From assembly GCA_030653985.1 (NCBI GenBank), contig JAURYJ010000086.1, positions 16,725 to 80,724 of the forward strand: DNA of 64,000 nt, in the 5' to 3' direction. The stretch is from Methylobacter sp. Lineage in GTDB: Bacteria > Pseudomonadota > Gammaproteobacteria > Methylococcales > Methylomonadaceae. The notes below the pieces were generated by a model, which saw nothing but the letters and a program-made list of their open reading frames with translations, had not been told where the DNA came from and did no database searches. The stretch's first letter is position 1. Every line of letters begins with the position of its first letter. Made by a program: the position numbers and the translations under genes. Positions 1-8,402 of the stretch are shown here, piece by piece.

Positions 1-81
1 TGCCTGCGGGTAACCATCGGTAAACCTGAAGAAAATACCGCGTTTATTACCGCACTAACAAAATGTCTAGGCGCCCCATAA
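1..81 (+). CDS. hisC: 3' end of probable histidinol-phosphate aminotransferase (partial)
   Basis: Frame 1 reads CLRVTIGKPEENTAFITALTKCLGAP*, matching the typical HisC C-terminus (LRxTIG.PEEN). Confidence 0.7.
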   Translation, partial: CLRVTIGKPEENTAFITALTKCLGAP

Positions 82-301
82 ATAAAAAAATTAACGCCAT
101 TATTGCGCCTTTAAAAAACAACAATATATTGTAATATCATATAGTTGCATTTCGCATCGCCTACCAAGCATTTTTTTAAAAAAAACAAATACCTAAACCA
201 ACAGCATAAGCACTTCAAATCTTATAAGTTCTAATGGTATATTGACGCCACAAAATAATGTGCCCTTAAAGAAGCGCAGACTTAATCAGGAGAGTTCTAT
301 A

Positions 302-901
302 ATGAAAAATGAAGGCGTCGATCAGTCCAAACGCCAGTTTTTAACTACGGCCTTGACCGTAGTTGGCGCAGTCGGCACTGGCTATTTAGCTGTTCCTTTT
401 CTTGCTCAAATGCAACCTAGTGCCAAGGCCATGGCCGCTGGCGCTCCTGTTGAAGTTGACATCAGCAAGATGGAACCCGGCCAATTAATCAGAGTCGCAT
501 GGCGAGGCAAACCGGTATGGATACTCAACAGAACTCCTCAAGTTCTTGAAACCCTGATAACACTGGACAATGAACTCAGAGATCCTCTTTCTCTGGAATC
601 CATACAACCGGAATCCAGCAAAAACTCAGTACGTTCTATTAAGCCCGAAGTTTTTGTTGCCGTCGGTTTATGTACTCACTTAGGCTGTTCACCCACATTT
701 CGCCCTGAAATAGCCCCCAATGATCTTGGTGATAAATGGAAAGGTGGTTTTTTCTGTCCGTGCCATGGCTCCTGGTTTGATCTGGCTGGTCGCGTTTATC
801 GCGGAGTACCGGCACCAACTAACCTGGAAATCCCTCCTTACCGCTATATTACTGAGACACAGCTGATTATTGGTGAAGTTCCAGAGGAAGAAAGCGTATG
901 A
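302..901 (+). CDS. petA: Ubiquinol-cytochrome c reductase Rieske Fe-S subunit
   Basis: Tat-like KRQFL signal; CTHLGC and CPCHGS Rieske motifs; ATG at 302 follows an AGGAG SD (the ORF track starts at 242). Confidence 0.97.
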   Translation: MKNEGVDQSKRQFLTTALTVVGAVGTGYLAVPFLAQMQPSAKAMAAGAPVEVDISKMEPGQLIRVAWRGKPVWILNRTPQVLETLITLDNELRDPLSLESIQPESSKNSVRSIKPEVFVAVGLCTHLGCSPTFRPEIAPNDLGDKWKGGFFCPCHGSWFDLAGRVYRGVPAPTNLEIPPYRYITETQLIIGEVPEEESV

Positions 902-2304
902 AACGTAATCGCGTAACTGAATGTAATGATTGGTTTTTGGAACGCTTTCCACTGACCAAGCTCTGGAATGAACACATGGCGCATTATTACGCGCCTAAAA
1001 ACTTTAATTTTTGGTATTTCTTCGGTTCACTGGCTTTGCTAGTGTTAGTTAACCAGATTCTGACCGGTATTTTTTTAACCATGAACTACAAACCGGACGC
1101 CAAACTGGCATTCGATTCCGTAGAATATATCATGCGCGACGTGAACTGGGGCTGGCTGATTCGCTACATGCACTCGACCGGTTCATCGGCATTTTTTATC
1201 GTGGTTTATCTGCACATGTTCAGGGGCTTGCTTTACGGCTCGTTCAAGCATCCCCGTGAACTGGTCTGGATTTTCGGCATGCTGTTATTTGTCGCTTTGA
1301 TGGCCGAAGCCTTTATGGGCTATCTATTGCCTTGGGGACAAATGTCTTACTGGGGCGCTCAGGTGATTATCTCGCTGTTCAGCGCCATTCCCGTGATCGG
1401 CGATGATCTGTCCCTCTGGCTCAGAGGTGACTATGTGGTTTCCGATGCAACCCTGAACCGGTTCTTCGCCTTTCATGTCATTGCTGTACCGCTGGCTTTG
1501 GTTATGCTGGTATTCCTGCATATCGTAGCCTTGCATGAAGTCGGTTCCAACAACCCGGACGGCATTGAAATCAAGGACTCCAAAGACCCTTGGGGCCATC
1601 CTGTGGACGGCATTCCGTTCCATCCTTATTACACGGTCAAAGATCTGGTCGGTGTCGGCGTATTTATGTTATTTTTCGCCACGGTTATTTTTTACATACC
1701 GGAAATGGGCGGTTATTTTCTTGAGCCTGCCAATTTTATCCCTGCAGACCCGATGAAAACCCCGGAGCACATAGCTCCAGTATGGTATTTCACGCCTTTC
1801 TATGCCATTTTAAGAGCCATTCCCGATAAATTTGCCGGCGTTATCGGTATGGGCGGCGCGATTGTCGTATTGTTCCTGTTGCCTTGGCTGGATCGCAGCC
1901 CGGTCAAATCGATTCGTTATCGCGGCGGCATCTACAAAAAAGCCTTGATGCTATTTGTGATCAGTTTTATAGCGTTAGGCTATTTAGGCACACAACCTGC
2001 AACACCTACAGCGACAATCGTCGCGCGATTTTTTACTGCGATTTATTTCGGCTTCTTCTTGTTGATGCCGCTATATACCCGCTGGGAAAAAACCAAGCCG
2101 GTGCCAAAACGCTTAACCACAATACATAGCCTTGAGGAGCAATTGCCTGCATTAATCGAGGAAATTACCCAAATAAAACAAGGATCTACTGAAATTGGTC
2201 ACGCTGCTTTTAAAAGCTCTTTTTTTGCCATAAGACCTAATCCCAAAGGCATAAGAAACCTTATCAGTCGGTTAGCAAAAAACGCAAAAGGGAGCCTGGA
2301 TTGA
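898..2304 (+). CDS. petB: Cytochrome b of the bc1 complex
   Basis: GWLIRYMH, PWGQMSYWGA and PVWY (PEWY-type) motifs; ATGA overlap with petA. Confidence 0.97.
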   Translation: MKRNRVTECNDWFLERFPLTKLWNEHMAHYYAPKNFNFWYFFGSLALLVLVNQILTGIFLTMNYKPDAKLAFDSVEYIMRDVNWGWLIRYMHSTGSSAFFIVVYLHMFRGLLYGSFKHPRELVWIFGMLLFVALMAEAFMGYLLPWGQMSYWGAQVIISLFSAIPVIGDDLSLWLRGDYVVSDATLNRFFAFHVIAVPLALVMLVFLHIVALHEVGSNNPDGIEIKDSKDPWGHPVDGIPFHPYYTVKDLVGVGVFMLFFATVIFYIPEMGGYFLEPANFIPADPMKTPEHIAPVWYFTPFYAILRAIPDKFAGVIGMGGAIVVLFLLPWLDRSPVKSIRYRGGIYKKALMLFVISFIALGYLGTQPATPTATIVARFFTAIYFGFFLLMPLYTRWEKTKPVPKRLTTIHSLEEQLPALIEEITQIKQGSTEIGHAAFKSSFFAIRPNPKGIRNLISRLAKNAKGSLD

Positions 2305-2305
2305 T

Positions 2306-3025
2306 ATGAAAAATTTAATAGCATTGCTTTTATTATCACTCTCTTTTGGGGTTGTCGCCTCGGAAAGTATTGAGCTGCAAAAAGCGAATATTGATCTTTC
2401 CAATAATGCTTCATTGCAGCGTGGTGCAAAACACTTTGTCACCTATTGCTTGGGCTGCCATTCAATCAAACATATCCGTTATTTGCGTATTGCCCTTGAT
2501 ATCGATGTCGATCCTAAAAAAGTGTTAAAAGACATTGCACCAGAAGGAGCCAATATCTACGATCAAATGCACAGCGCTATGAATGCCCATGATGCTGAAA
2601 AATGGTTTGGTACGCAACCGCCCGATTTGTCGTTAATTGCCAGATCGCGTGGTGCGGATTGGCTGTACAGCTATTTAAAAAGTTACTATATTGATCCAAA
2701 AAGTCCTAGAGGAGTAAACAACCTGATTTTCGAGGATACCGCTATGCCTAACCCGCTCTGGCAATTGCAAGGTGAACAGCATGCAGAACCTAGAAAAAAT
2801 ATATGGGGTCATGAATATACCAACTTAGTTCTTAAAGAACCCGGTACCTTGTCCGAAGGCGAGTTTGAAATTTTCGTCAATGACTTGGTTAATTTCTTGG
2901 TGTATGTCGGTGAGCCGGTACAGCTTGAAAGACAACGTCTCGGAAAATATGTGCTATTTTTTATTTTAATGTTTTTAGTTTTAGCTTATCTGCTGAAAAA
3001 AGAATATTGGAAGAACATCCATTAA
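2306..3025 (+). CDS. petC: Cytochrome c1
   Basis: Signal peptide, CLGCH haem motif, PPDLSL, C-terminal TM helix ending KKEYW. Confidence 0.96.
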   Translation: MKNLIALLLLSLSFGVVASESIELQKANIDLSNNASLQRGAKHFVTYCLGCHSIKHIRYLRIALDIDVDPKKVLKDIAPEGANIYDQMHSAMNAHDAEKWFGTQPPDLSLIARSRGADWLYSYLKSYYIDPKSPRGVNNLIFEDTAMPNPLWQLQGEQHAEPRKNIWGHEYTNLVLKEPGTLSEGEFEIFVNDLVNFLVYVGEPVQLERQRLGKYVLFFILMFLVLAYLLKKEYWKNIH

Positions 3026-3039
3026 TTCTCAAAATCTTA

Positions 3040-3145
3040 TAGGGTAGGCAAACGGTACCAGCAGTGGCCGCTTTACAACTGCATGGATGCAGGAGGTAGA
3101 GCAATGCAGGAGCCATTGCCGAGGCGAAGCTGTTTGCCTACCCTA
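3040..3145. repeat. Palindromic repeat (14-bp perfect IR) with a nested second element
   Basis: TAGGGTAGGCAAAC (3040-3053) and GTTTGCCTACCCTA (3132-3145) enclose ACTGCATGGATGCAGGAGGTAGAGCAATGCAGGAGCCATTGC. Confidence 0.8.
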
Positions 3146-3227
3146 ACATCTGCAAATAAAAACCTCGACAACCATGTTATAATGCCTTTTTTTTACCGCC
3201 CTACACGTCTTAAAGAGGTTGTTATTC

Positions 3228-3860
3228 GTGACAAATATTACTCGTAAATCTGTAATGACGCTTTTCTCATCTCCAACATGCGCGATGAGCCACTGCGCCC
3301 GCTTTGTTTTGCACGAGAAAGGAGTTGTCGCAGACATAGAATATTACGACCCGACTGAGCCGCCTGAGGATTTACTAGAGCTAAATCCCAACGGCACGTC
3401 GCCAACACTGATTGAACGCGACCTAGTTCTCTATGACTCGCGCATCATCATGGAATATCTGGACGAACGTTTTCCGCACCCCCCATTGCACCAAATGGAT
3501 CCGGTTTCACGGGCAAATGCCAGAATGCTGATCAAGCGTATCGACCAGGACTGGTATCAGTTACTGGATGAAATTTTATTTTCTGGCGAGAAAAAATCAG
3601 CTCGGGCTAAGAAAATGCTCAGAGAGGGCATCTTGGCTGCCGAACCTATTTTTGCCGCCAGGCCCTATTTTATGAGTGATGAATTTTCTCTGATAGACTG
3701 TGTCATCGCGCCCTTATTATGGCGTCTACCGAGCATAGGTATTGACATATCAACACCCAGTGAAGTCATCACCAATTATGCCCAGCGCATATTCAACAGA
3801 GCCGCATTTAAACGCAGCCTGAGTGAAGTCGAAAAAGAAATGATCGAGCCTTTAAAATAA
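3228..3860 (+). CDS. sspA: Stringent starvation protein A (GST family)
   Basis: ELNPNGTSPTL and IMEYLDERFPHPPL motifs; conserved petABC-sspAB order; GTG start after GAGG. Confidence 0.93.
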   Translation: MTNITRKSVMTLFSSPTCAMSHCARFVLHEKGVVADIEYYDPTEPPEDLLELNPNGTSPTLIERDLVLYDSRIIMEYLDERFPHPPLHQMDPVSRANARMLIKRIDQDWYQLLDEILFSGEKKSARAKKMLREGILAAEPIFAARPYFMSDEFSLIDCVIAPLLWRLPSIGIDISTPSEVITNYAQRIFNRAAFKRSLSEVEKEMIEPLK

Positions 3861-3871
3861 ACCTTAGCAAC

Positions 3872-4255
3872 ATGACCTCTCTAAAGCCTTATTTAATTCG
3901 TTCAATTTACGAATGGATTATTGACAACAATCTGACGCCGCATCTGCTTGTGGATGCACAAGATACCCGCGCCATTTTACCGACCGAATTTATCGAAGAC
4001 GGAAAAATCGTTTTGAACATCAGGCCGGAAGCCATACAGGGTCTTTCTCTCGGCAACGATGAAATTGAGTTCAATGCCCGGTTTAGCGGAAAACCCATGC
4101 ACATTGCCACACCAATAACCGCAGTATTGGCAATCTACGCTAAAGAAAACGGCAAAGGCATGATCTTCGATCAGGAAGACAATGATGGTGACGATGAACC
4201 GCCACCGCCAGTAAAAAAACCGACAGCCAGACCCACTTTACGCATCGTAAAGTAA
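3872..4255 (+). CDS. sspB: ClpXP protease specificity-enhancing factor
   Basis: PYLIRSIYEWI, FNARFSG and C-terminal LRIVK ClpX-binding motif. Confidence 0.95.
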   Translation: MTSLKPYLIRSIYEWIIDNNLTPHLLVDAQDTRAILPTEFIEDGKIVLNIRPEAIQGLSLGNDEIEFNARFSGKPMHIATPITAVLAIYAKENGKGMIFDQEDNDGDDEPPPPVKKPTARPTLRIVK

Positions 4256-4264
4256 CAGTAATTC

Positions 4265-4295
4265 TTGCTATGTTCAGGAGTCCTGGACATAGCAA
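4265..4295 (+). terminator. Hairpin immediately after sspB (terminator-like or repeat)
   Basis: TTGCTATGTTCAGG / CCTGGACATAGCAA stem 10 nt after the stop; no strong U-tract. Confidence 0.45.
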
Positions 4296-4536
4296 TCCTC
4301 GCGTCTCTGCTCCTGTACAACACCTAGACATTTTACCTCCTTGCCAAAGCCTATCCTAAAGTTCTCATCTGTCGACACAACGACGATTGAACTTTTCCGC
4401 AAAAAACGCAATATTCACCCAACTTTTTTATTATCAGTTAATCTTTTTGGTTGTATAGTGAAGCTCCTATCTGAAAAGGCAGCTTCTTTCAATAGCCCGC
4501 CGAATAGATAGCCAACCCTATCCTATGAGGTGAACC

Positions 4537-5103
4537 ATGAACTCACTACAACAATCTCTTATCTTATCTTCCTTTCTGGCTGTTTTTTTTACATTGCCGA
4601 CTTTAGCCGCAGATAGTGCGGCCGGAGAACAAAAAGCAAGCGCCTGTGTCAGCTGTCATGGTCAAAATGGTAACAGCAGCAGCGCACAATGGCCCAACTT
4701 GGCAGCACAACAACCTACTTATCTGGCCAACCAACTCAAAACATTCAAGGCTGGAGACCGCATCAATATCATGATGCAATCAATGACCGCCAACCTGAAC
4801 AATGAAGACATCAACAACCTTGCTGCTTATTTTTCCAGCCAGAAACCCGCCAAAGCAGGCGGCGACCCGGCATTGGCAAAAATAGGCGAAGCCAAAGCCG
4901 GTATGTGTTTGGGATGCCATGGCTCCACTGCTCAAGGTAACGGCCAGTTCCCAAGGCTTGCAGGACAACATCCTGAATACCTTGAACAACAATTAAAAGC
5001 GTTTAAAGAGGGTTCTCGTAAAGGCGGACCGATGCAAGCTCTTACCGCCAATTTATCCGAGGCTGATTTTAAAGCATTAGCGGCTTATTTTGGCTCGTTG
5101 TAA
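4537..5103 (+). CDS. Di-haem cytochrome c4 / c553-type
   Basis: Signal peptide; two CxxCH motifs (CVSCH, CLGCH); P.LA.Q motif repeated in both domains. Confidence 0.92.
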   Translation: MNSLQQSLILSSFLAVFFTLPTLAADSAAGEQKASACVSCHGQNGNSSSAQWPNLAAQQPTYLANQLKTFKAGDRINIMMQSMTANLNNEDINNLAAYFSSQKPAKAGGDPALAKIGEAKAGMCLGCHGSTAQGNGQFPRLAGQHPEYLEQQLKAFKEGSRKGGPMQALTANLSEADFKALAAYFGSL

Positions 5104-5123
5104 GAAAGAAATTATCTACCCCA

Positions 5124-5436
5124 CTTGACATTCTCCCTCAGCTAAAGCCAAGCATAGCTATCTACACAACTTATTGGCTTTCCCGTGGCACTGCCATTAA
5201 GTTAGACTAAAAAGACAGTGATGACTGAACATTGTGGACGCGAATTTATTCGCGCAGTGACAGCCAAATGCGCGAATAAATTCGCGCCCACCTAATGCCA
5301 AGCCCTTAACCTAATGGCGATGACGCCACCCGCGAGGGAACGAGGAAATGTTTTTTTAATGGGTGCATGGGTAGCCAGCCCAGTCAGGATGTAGTGACTT
5401 GTGTAGATAGCTATGCCTGAAGGAAGGATTTTACGG
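5124..5436. mobile_element. Nested non-autonomous element (MITE with 18-bp TIRs containing a REP doublet), copy 1
   Basis: GCATAGCTATCTACACAA (5152-5169) and TTGTGTAGATAGCTATGC (5399-5416); internal GCGAATTTATTCGCG doublet; inverted similar copy at 31411-31720. Confidence 0.85.
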
Positions 5437-5628
5437 ACAAAATGGATAAAATCTGCGCTGCCCATGCTTTCGCCGTTATGATGTATCAGGGTCTACAATG
5501 TGACACCGCGATAGCTTAAGCCTGCAAGCCTTAATAACTTGGAGTTTCCCGTATAATTGGTAAAACCATCTGAATTCATCTAAACTTTGGATTCAGATCG
5601 CACAAAAAGGCTCGACAGGAACCCAAAC

Positions 5629-6741
5629 ATGGCTTTTCGAACATTCACCGGATTGATAGTTTCTCTGCTCATCAGCACCAGCGTATGGGCCGATGACATA
5701 CAAATAAACCCATCCCATCCCGATCAATATACCGTCGTCAAAGGCGATACTCTATGGGAATTATCCGGTAAATTTTTAATCCACCCTTGGCAATGGCCTG
5801 AATTATGGAGCCGTAATGCTCAAATCAAGAATCCTCACCTGATTTATCCCGGCGATACGCTTTATTTTTCAATCGTTGATGGCAAGCCCCAACTGAGTCT
5901 TTCCCGTAGCGAGCTTCCCCTGGCCAGCGCCAATTCTCCCTGCATACTTCAGGAAGAAGACTATAAGCAAGGACGCAAAGACTTTGCCGTCTCCGAAGAT
6001 GGCAAAGTACTGCCTTGTATTCGAGTAACCGAGCTGAAACAGGCCATTAGATTAATCCCTACCGAAACCATAACCAGCTTCCTGTCATCCCCCAAAGTGG
6101 TGGATGAAAATGAACTGGGCAAGGCGCCGTATGTCGTTGACTTTGTCGGCGAACATCTGATTGCAGGCACTGGCGATCGTGTTTATGTACGTTCGATAAC
6201 CGAACCGAAAAGCCAGTCCTACACGATTTACCGGCCGGGCAACGCTTATATCAGTCCGGAAAGCGGAGAAATTTTGGGCTATGAGGCGCAATACATTGCC
6301 GACACCGCATTACAACAACCCGGCGATCCGGCGACATTAGCCATAACCAAATCGGTCCAGGAAATTCGTATCGGTGATCGGATTATGCCCAATGCTGAAC
6401 AGGATCTTGCGTTAAATTATTTTCCCCGTCCGCCAGAACAACGCATCAACGGCAGTATTATCAGCGTACTTGGCGGCGTTTCTCAAATCGGCCGGTATAA
6501 CGTGGTGGTCATAGACAAAGGCACGACTGACGGGATTTTAGTGGGGCATGAACTGGACATCTATCAGCGCGGCAATATTGTCAAAGATGCGTACAGTTCA
6601 GTTAAAAACGATCTCGTTAACCTTCCGGATGAAATGGCCGGTACCCTGATGGTTTTTCGACCGTTTGAGCGTGTCAGTTATGCCTTGGTCATGAAAGCGA
6701 CTCAGGTCCTTCATATTTTAGACAAAGTTAAAACCCCCTGA
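5629..6741 (+). CDS. LysM peptidoglycan-binding protein (TsaP-like)
   Basis: Signal peptide; YTVVKGDTLW...NPHLIYPG LysM domain; conserved position upstream of dprA. Confidence 0.88.
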   Translation: MAFRTFTGLIVSLLISTSVWADDIQINPSHPDQYTVVKGDTLWELSGKFLIHPWQWPELWSRNAQIKNPHLIYPGDTLYFSIVDGKPQLSLSRSELPLASANSPCILQEEDYKQGRKDFAVSEDGKVLPCIRVTELKQAIRLIPTETITSFLSSPKVVDENELGKAPYVVDFVGEHLIAGTGDRVYVRSITEPKSQSYTIYRPGNAYISPESGEILGYEAQYIADTALQQPGDPATLAITKSVQEIRIGDRIMPNAEQDLALNYFPRPPEQRINGSIISVLGGVSQIGRYNVVVIDKGTTDGILVGHELDIYQRGNIVKDAYSSVKNDLVNLPDEMAGTLMVFRPFERVSYALVMKATQVLHILDKVKTP

Positions 6742-7832
6742 ACATTCCCGAGCAAGACATTAACTACTGGCTTGCGCTATTGCGCACGCCAGGCGTCGGT
6801 TGCAGGACATTTCTCCGTTTACTGAGCAGCCATACCCCGGCACAGTTATTTGCAGAATCATCCTCCGCACTGAGCGCCTTGGGCTTAAAAAGCGATATCG
6901 TTAATGCGATCAAAAATCCTGATTGGGCGCTGATCGACTATGATCTGTGCTGGCTCAGTCAGGAGAATAACAGCGTTATCACCCTCAATGACCCAAACTA
7001 TCCGTCGCTGTTAAAAGAAATCGCCGATCCTCCGCCACTTTTGTTTGTACGCGGTAACCCCGAACTGTTATCTCTGCCGCAAATTGCGATAGTGGGTAGC
7101 CGTAATCCGTCGACATCAGGCTTGGAAATCGCCTTTAACTTTGCTAAAACCTTGAGTCATTGCGGCTTTACGATTACCAGCGGACTGGCCTTGGGTATCG
7201 ATGCCGCCAGCCATCAGGGCGCATTAAAGGCCAAAGGTTATACGATTGCAGTCGCCGGAACCGGGTTGGATCGTGTTTATCCGGCTCGGCATAAAGACCT
7301 GGCCACTGAAATTGTCAATTCCGGTGCAATGGTCTCGGAATTTCCGCCGGGCACTACCGCCAAAGCCAACCACTTTCCCCGGCGCAACCGCATTATCAGT
7401 GGTCTGTGCCAAGGCCTGTTGGTGGTTGAAGCCGCCAAACAAAGCGGCTCACTGATTACTGCGCGCATGGCCTTGGAGCAAAACCGTGAAGTTTTTGCGA
7501 TTCCCGGCTCCATTAATAACCCGCTGGCCCGAGGTTGCAACGCGCTAATCCGCGAAGGCGCAAAACTTGTCGAAACAACCCAAGATATTCTTGAGGAACT
7601 AAATCAATATAATCAACAAGATGCGATTTTCGCCCCGGTAACAATGCAATCAACACTTGACCTGGAGCAGCAAACATTATTGAATCTCGTCATGTTTAGC
7701 CCAACTTCTATCGATACTCTGGTTGAAAATGCCAACGAATCCGTCGAAGTTATTTCGTCAATGCTGCTGATTCTTGAACTGCAAGGTTATCTGGAAGCAG
7801 CGCCCGGCGGCGGCTATACGAGAATAAAATAA
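6738..7832 (+). CDS. dprA: DNA-processing protein DprA/Smf
   Basis: IAIVGSR, SGLALGID, FPRRNRIISGL motifs. Start uncertain (CTG 6738 versus TTG 6780). Confidence 0.95.
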   Translation: MNIPEQDINYWLALLRTPGVGCRTFLRLLSSHTPAQLFAESSSALSALGLKSDIVNAIKNPDWALIDYDLCWLSQENNSVITLNDPNYPSLLKEIADPPPLLFVRGNPELLSLPQIAIVGSRNPSTSGLEIAFNFAKTLSHCGFTITSGLALGIDAASHQGALKAKGYTIAVAGTGLDRVYPARHKDLATEIVNSGAMVSEFPPGTTAKANHFPRRNRIISGLCQGLLVVEAAKQSGSLITARMALEQNREVFAIPGSINNPLARGCNALIREGAKLVETTQDILEELNQYNQQDAIFAPVTMQSTLDLEQQTLLNLVMFSPTSIDTLVENANESVEVISSMLLILELQGYLEAAPGGGYTRIK

Positions 7833-7852
7833 TCATAAACAACCAAGAGCCT

Positions 7853-8320
7853 ATGAAAGAAAATATTTTTGATGTCCTGATGTACTTATTCGAAAACTAT
7901 ATGGAAGATGAAATTGAAATACTTCCTGACAGCGATGTCGTCAGAACAGAATTACTGGAAGCAGGCTTTGAACAAATCGAAGTCAACAAAGCTTTCGATT
8001 GGCTGGAGTCGCTTAGCCTGCAACGCGCCATAAAAACATCCGCCACACCTGCATTCCGTATTTTTTGCAGTCAAGAGAAAGCCAAATTGGATCTTGACAG
8101 CCGTAATTTGCTTATGTTCCTTGAGAATAGCGGCATCCTGAGCGCAGCTAACCGGGAAATCGTCATCGACCGGGCCATGGCGCTGGAAAATGAAGAAATA
8201 TCGATGGAAAAACTGAAATGGATAGTGCTGATGGTATTGCTCAGCCAGCCGGATGAAGAAATCGCTTTCTCCAGAATGGAAGATATAGTCTATGACCTTA
8301 TCCCCACTTATTTGCATTAA
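7853..8320 (+). CDS. smg: Smg (DUF494) protein
   Basis: FDVLMYLFENY and LKWIVLMVL motifs; dprA-smg-topA synteny. Confidence 0.93.
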   Translation: MKENIFDVLMYLFENYMEDEIEILPDSDVVRTELLEAGFEQIEVNKAFDWLESLSLQRAIKTSATPAFRIFCSQEKAKLDLDSRNLLMFLENSGILSAANREIVIDRAMALENEEISMEKLKWIVLMVLLSQPDEEIAFSRMEDIVYDLIPTYLH

Positions 8321-8402
8321 CGAAGGTTCAAGAGTCAAGGTTCAAAACACATACCTTTTACCTTTCACCTTCCTTTAAACCTTTCACCTCTTTTAAGAAT
8401 AA

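Noticed and set aside
5230-5295. Repeated GCGAATTTATTCGCG units as a CRISPR array
   Set aside because: Only two inverted units per site, no regular repeat-spacer periodicity and no cas genes; this is a REP doublet.
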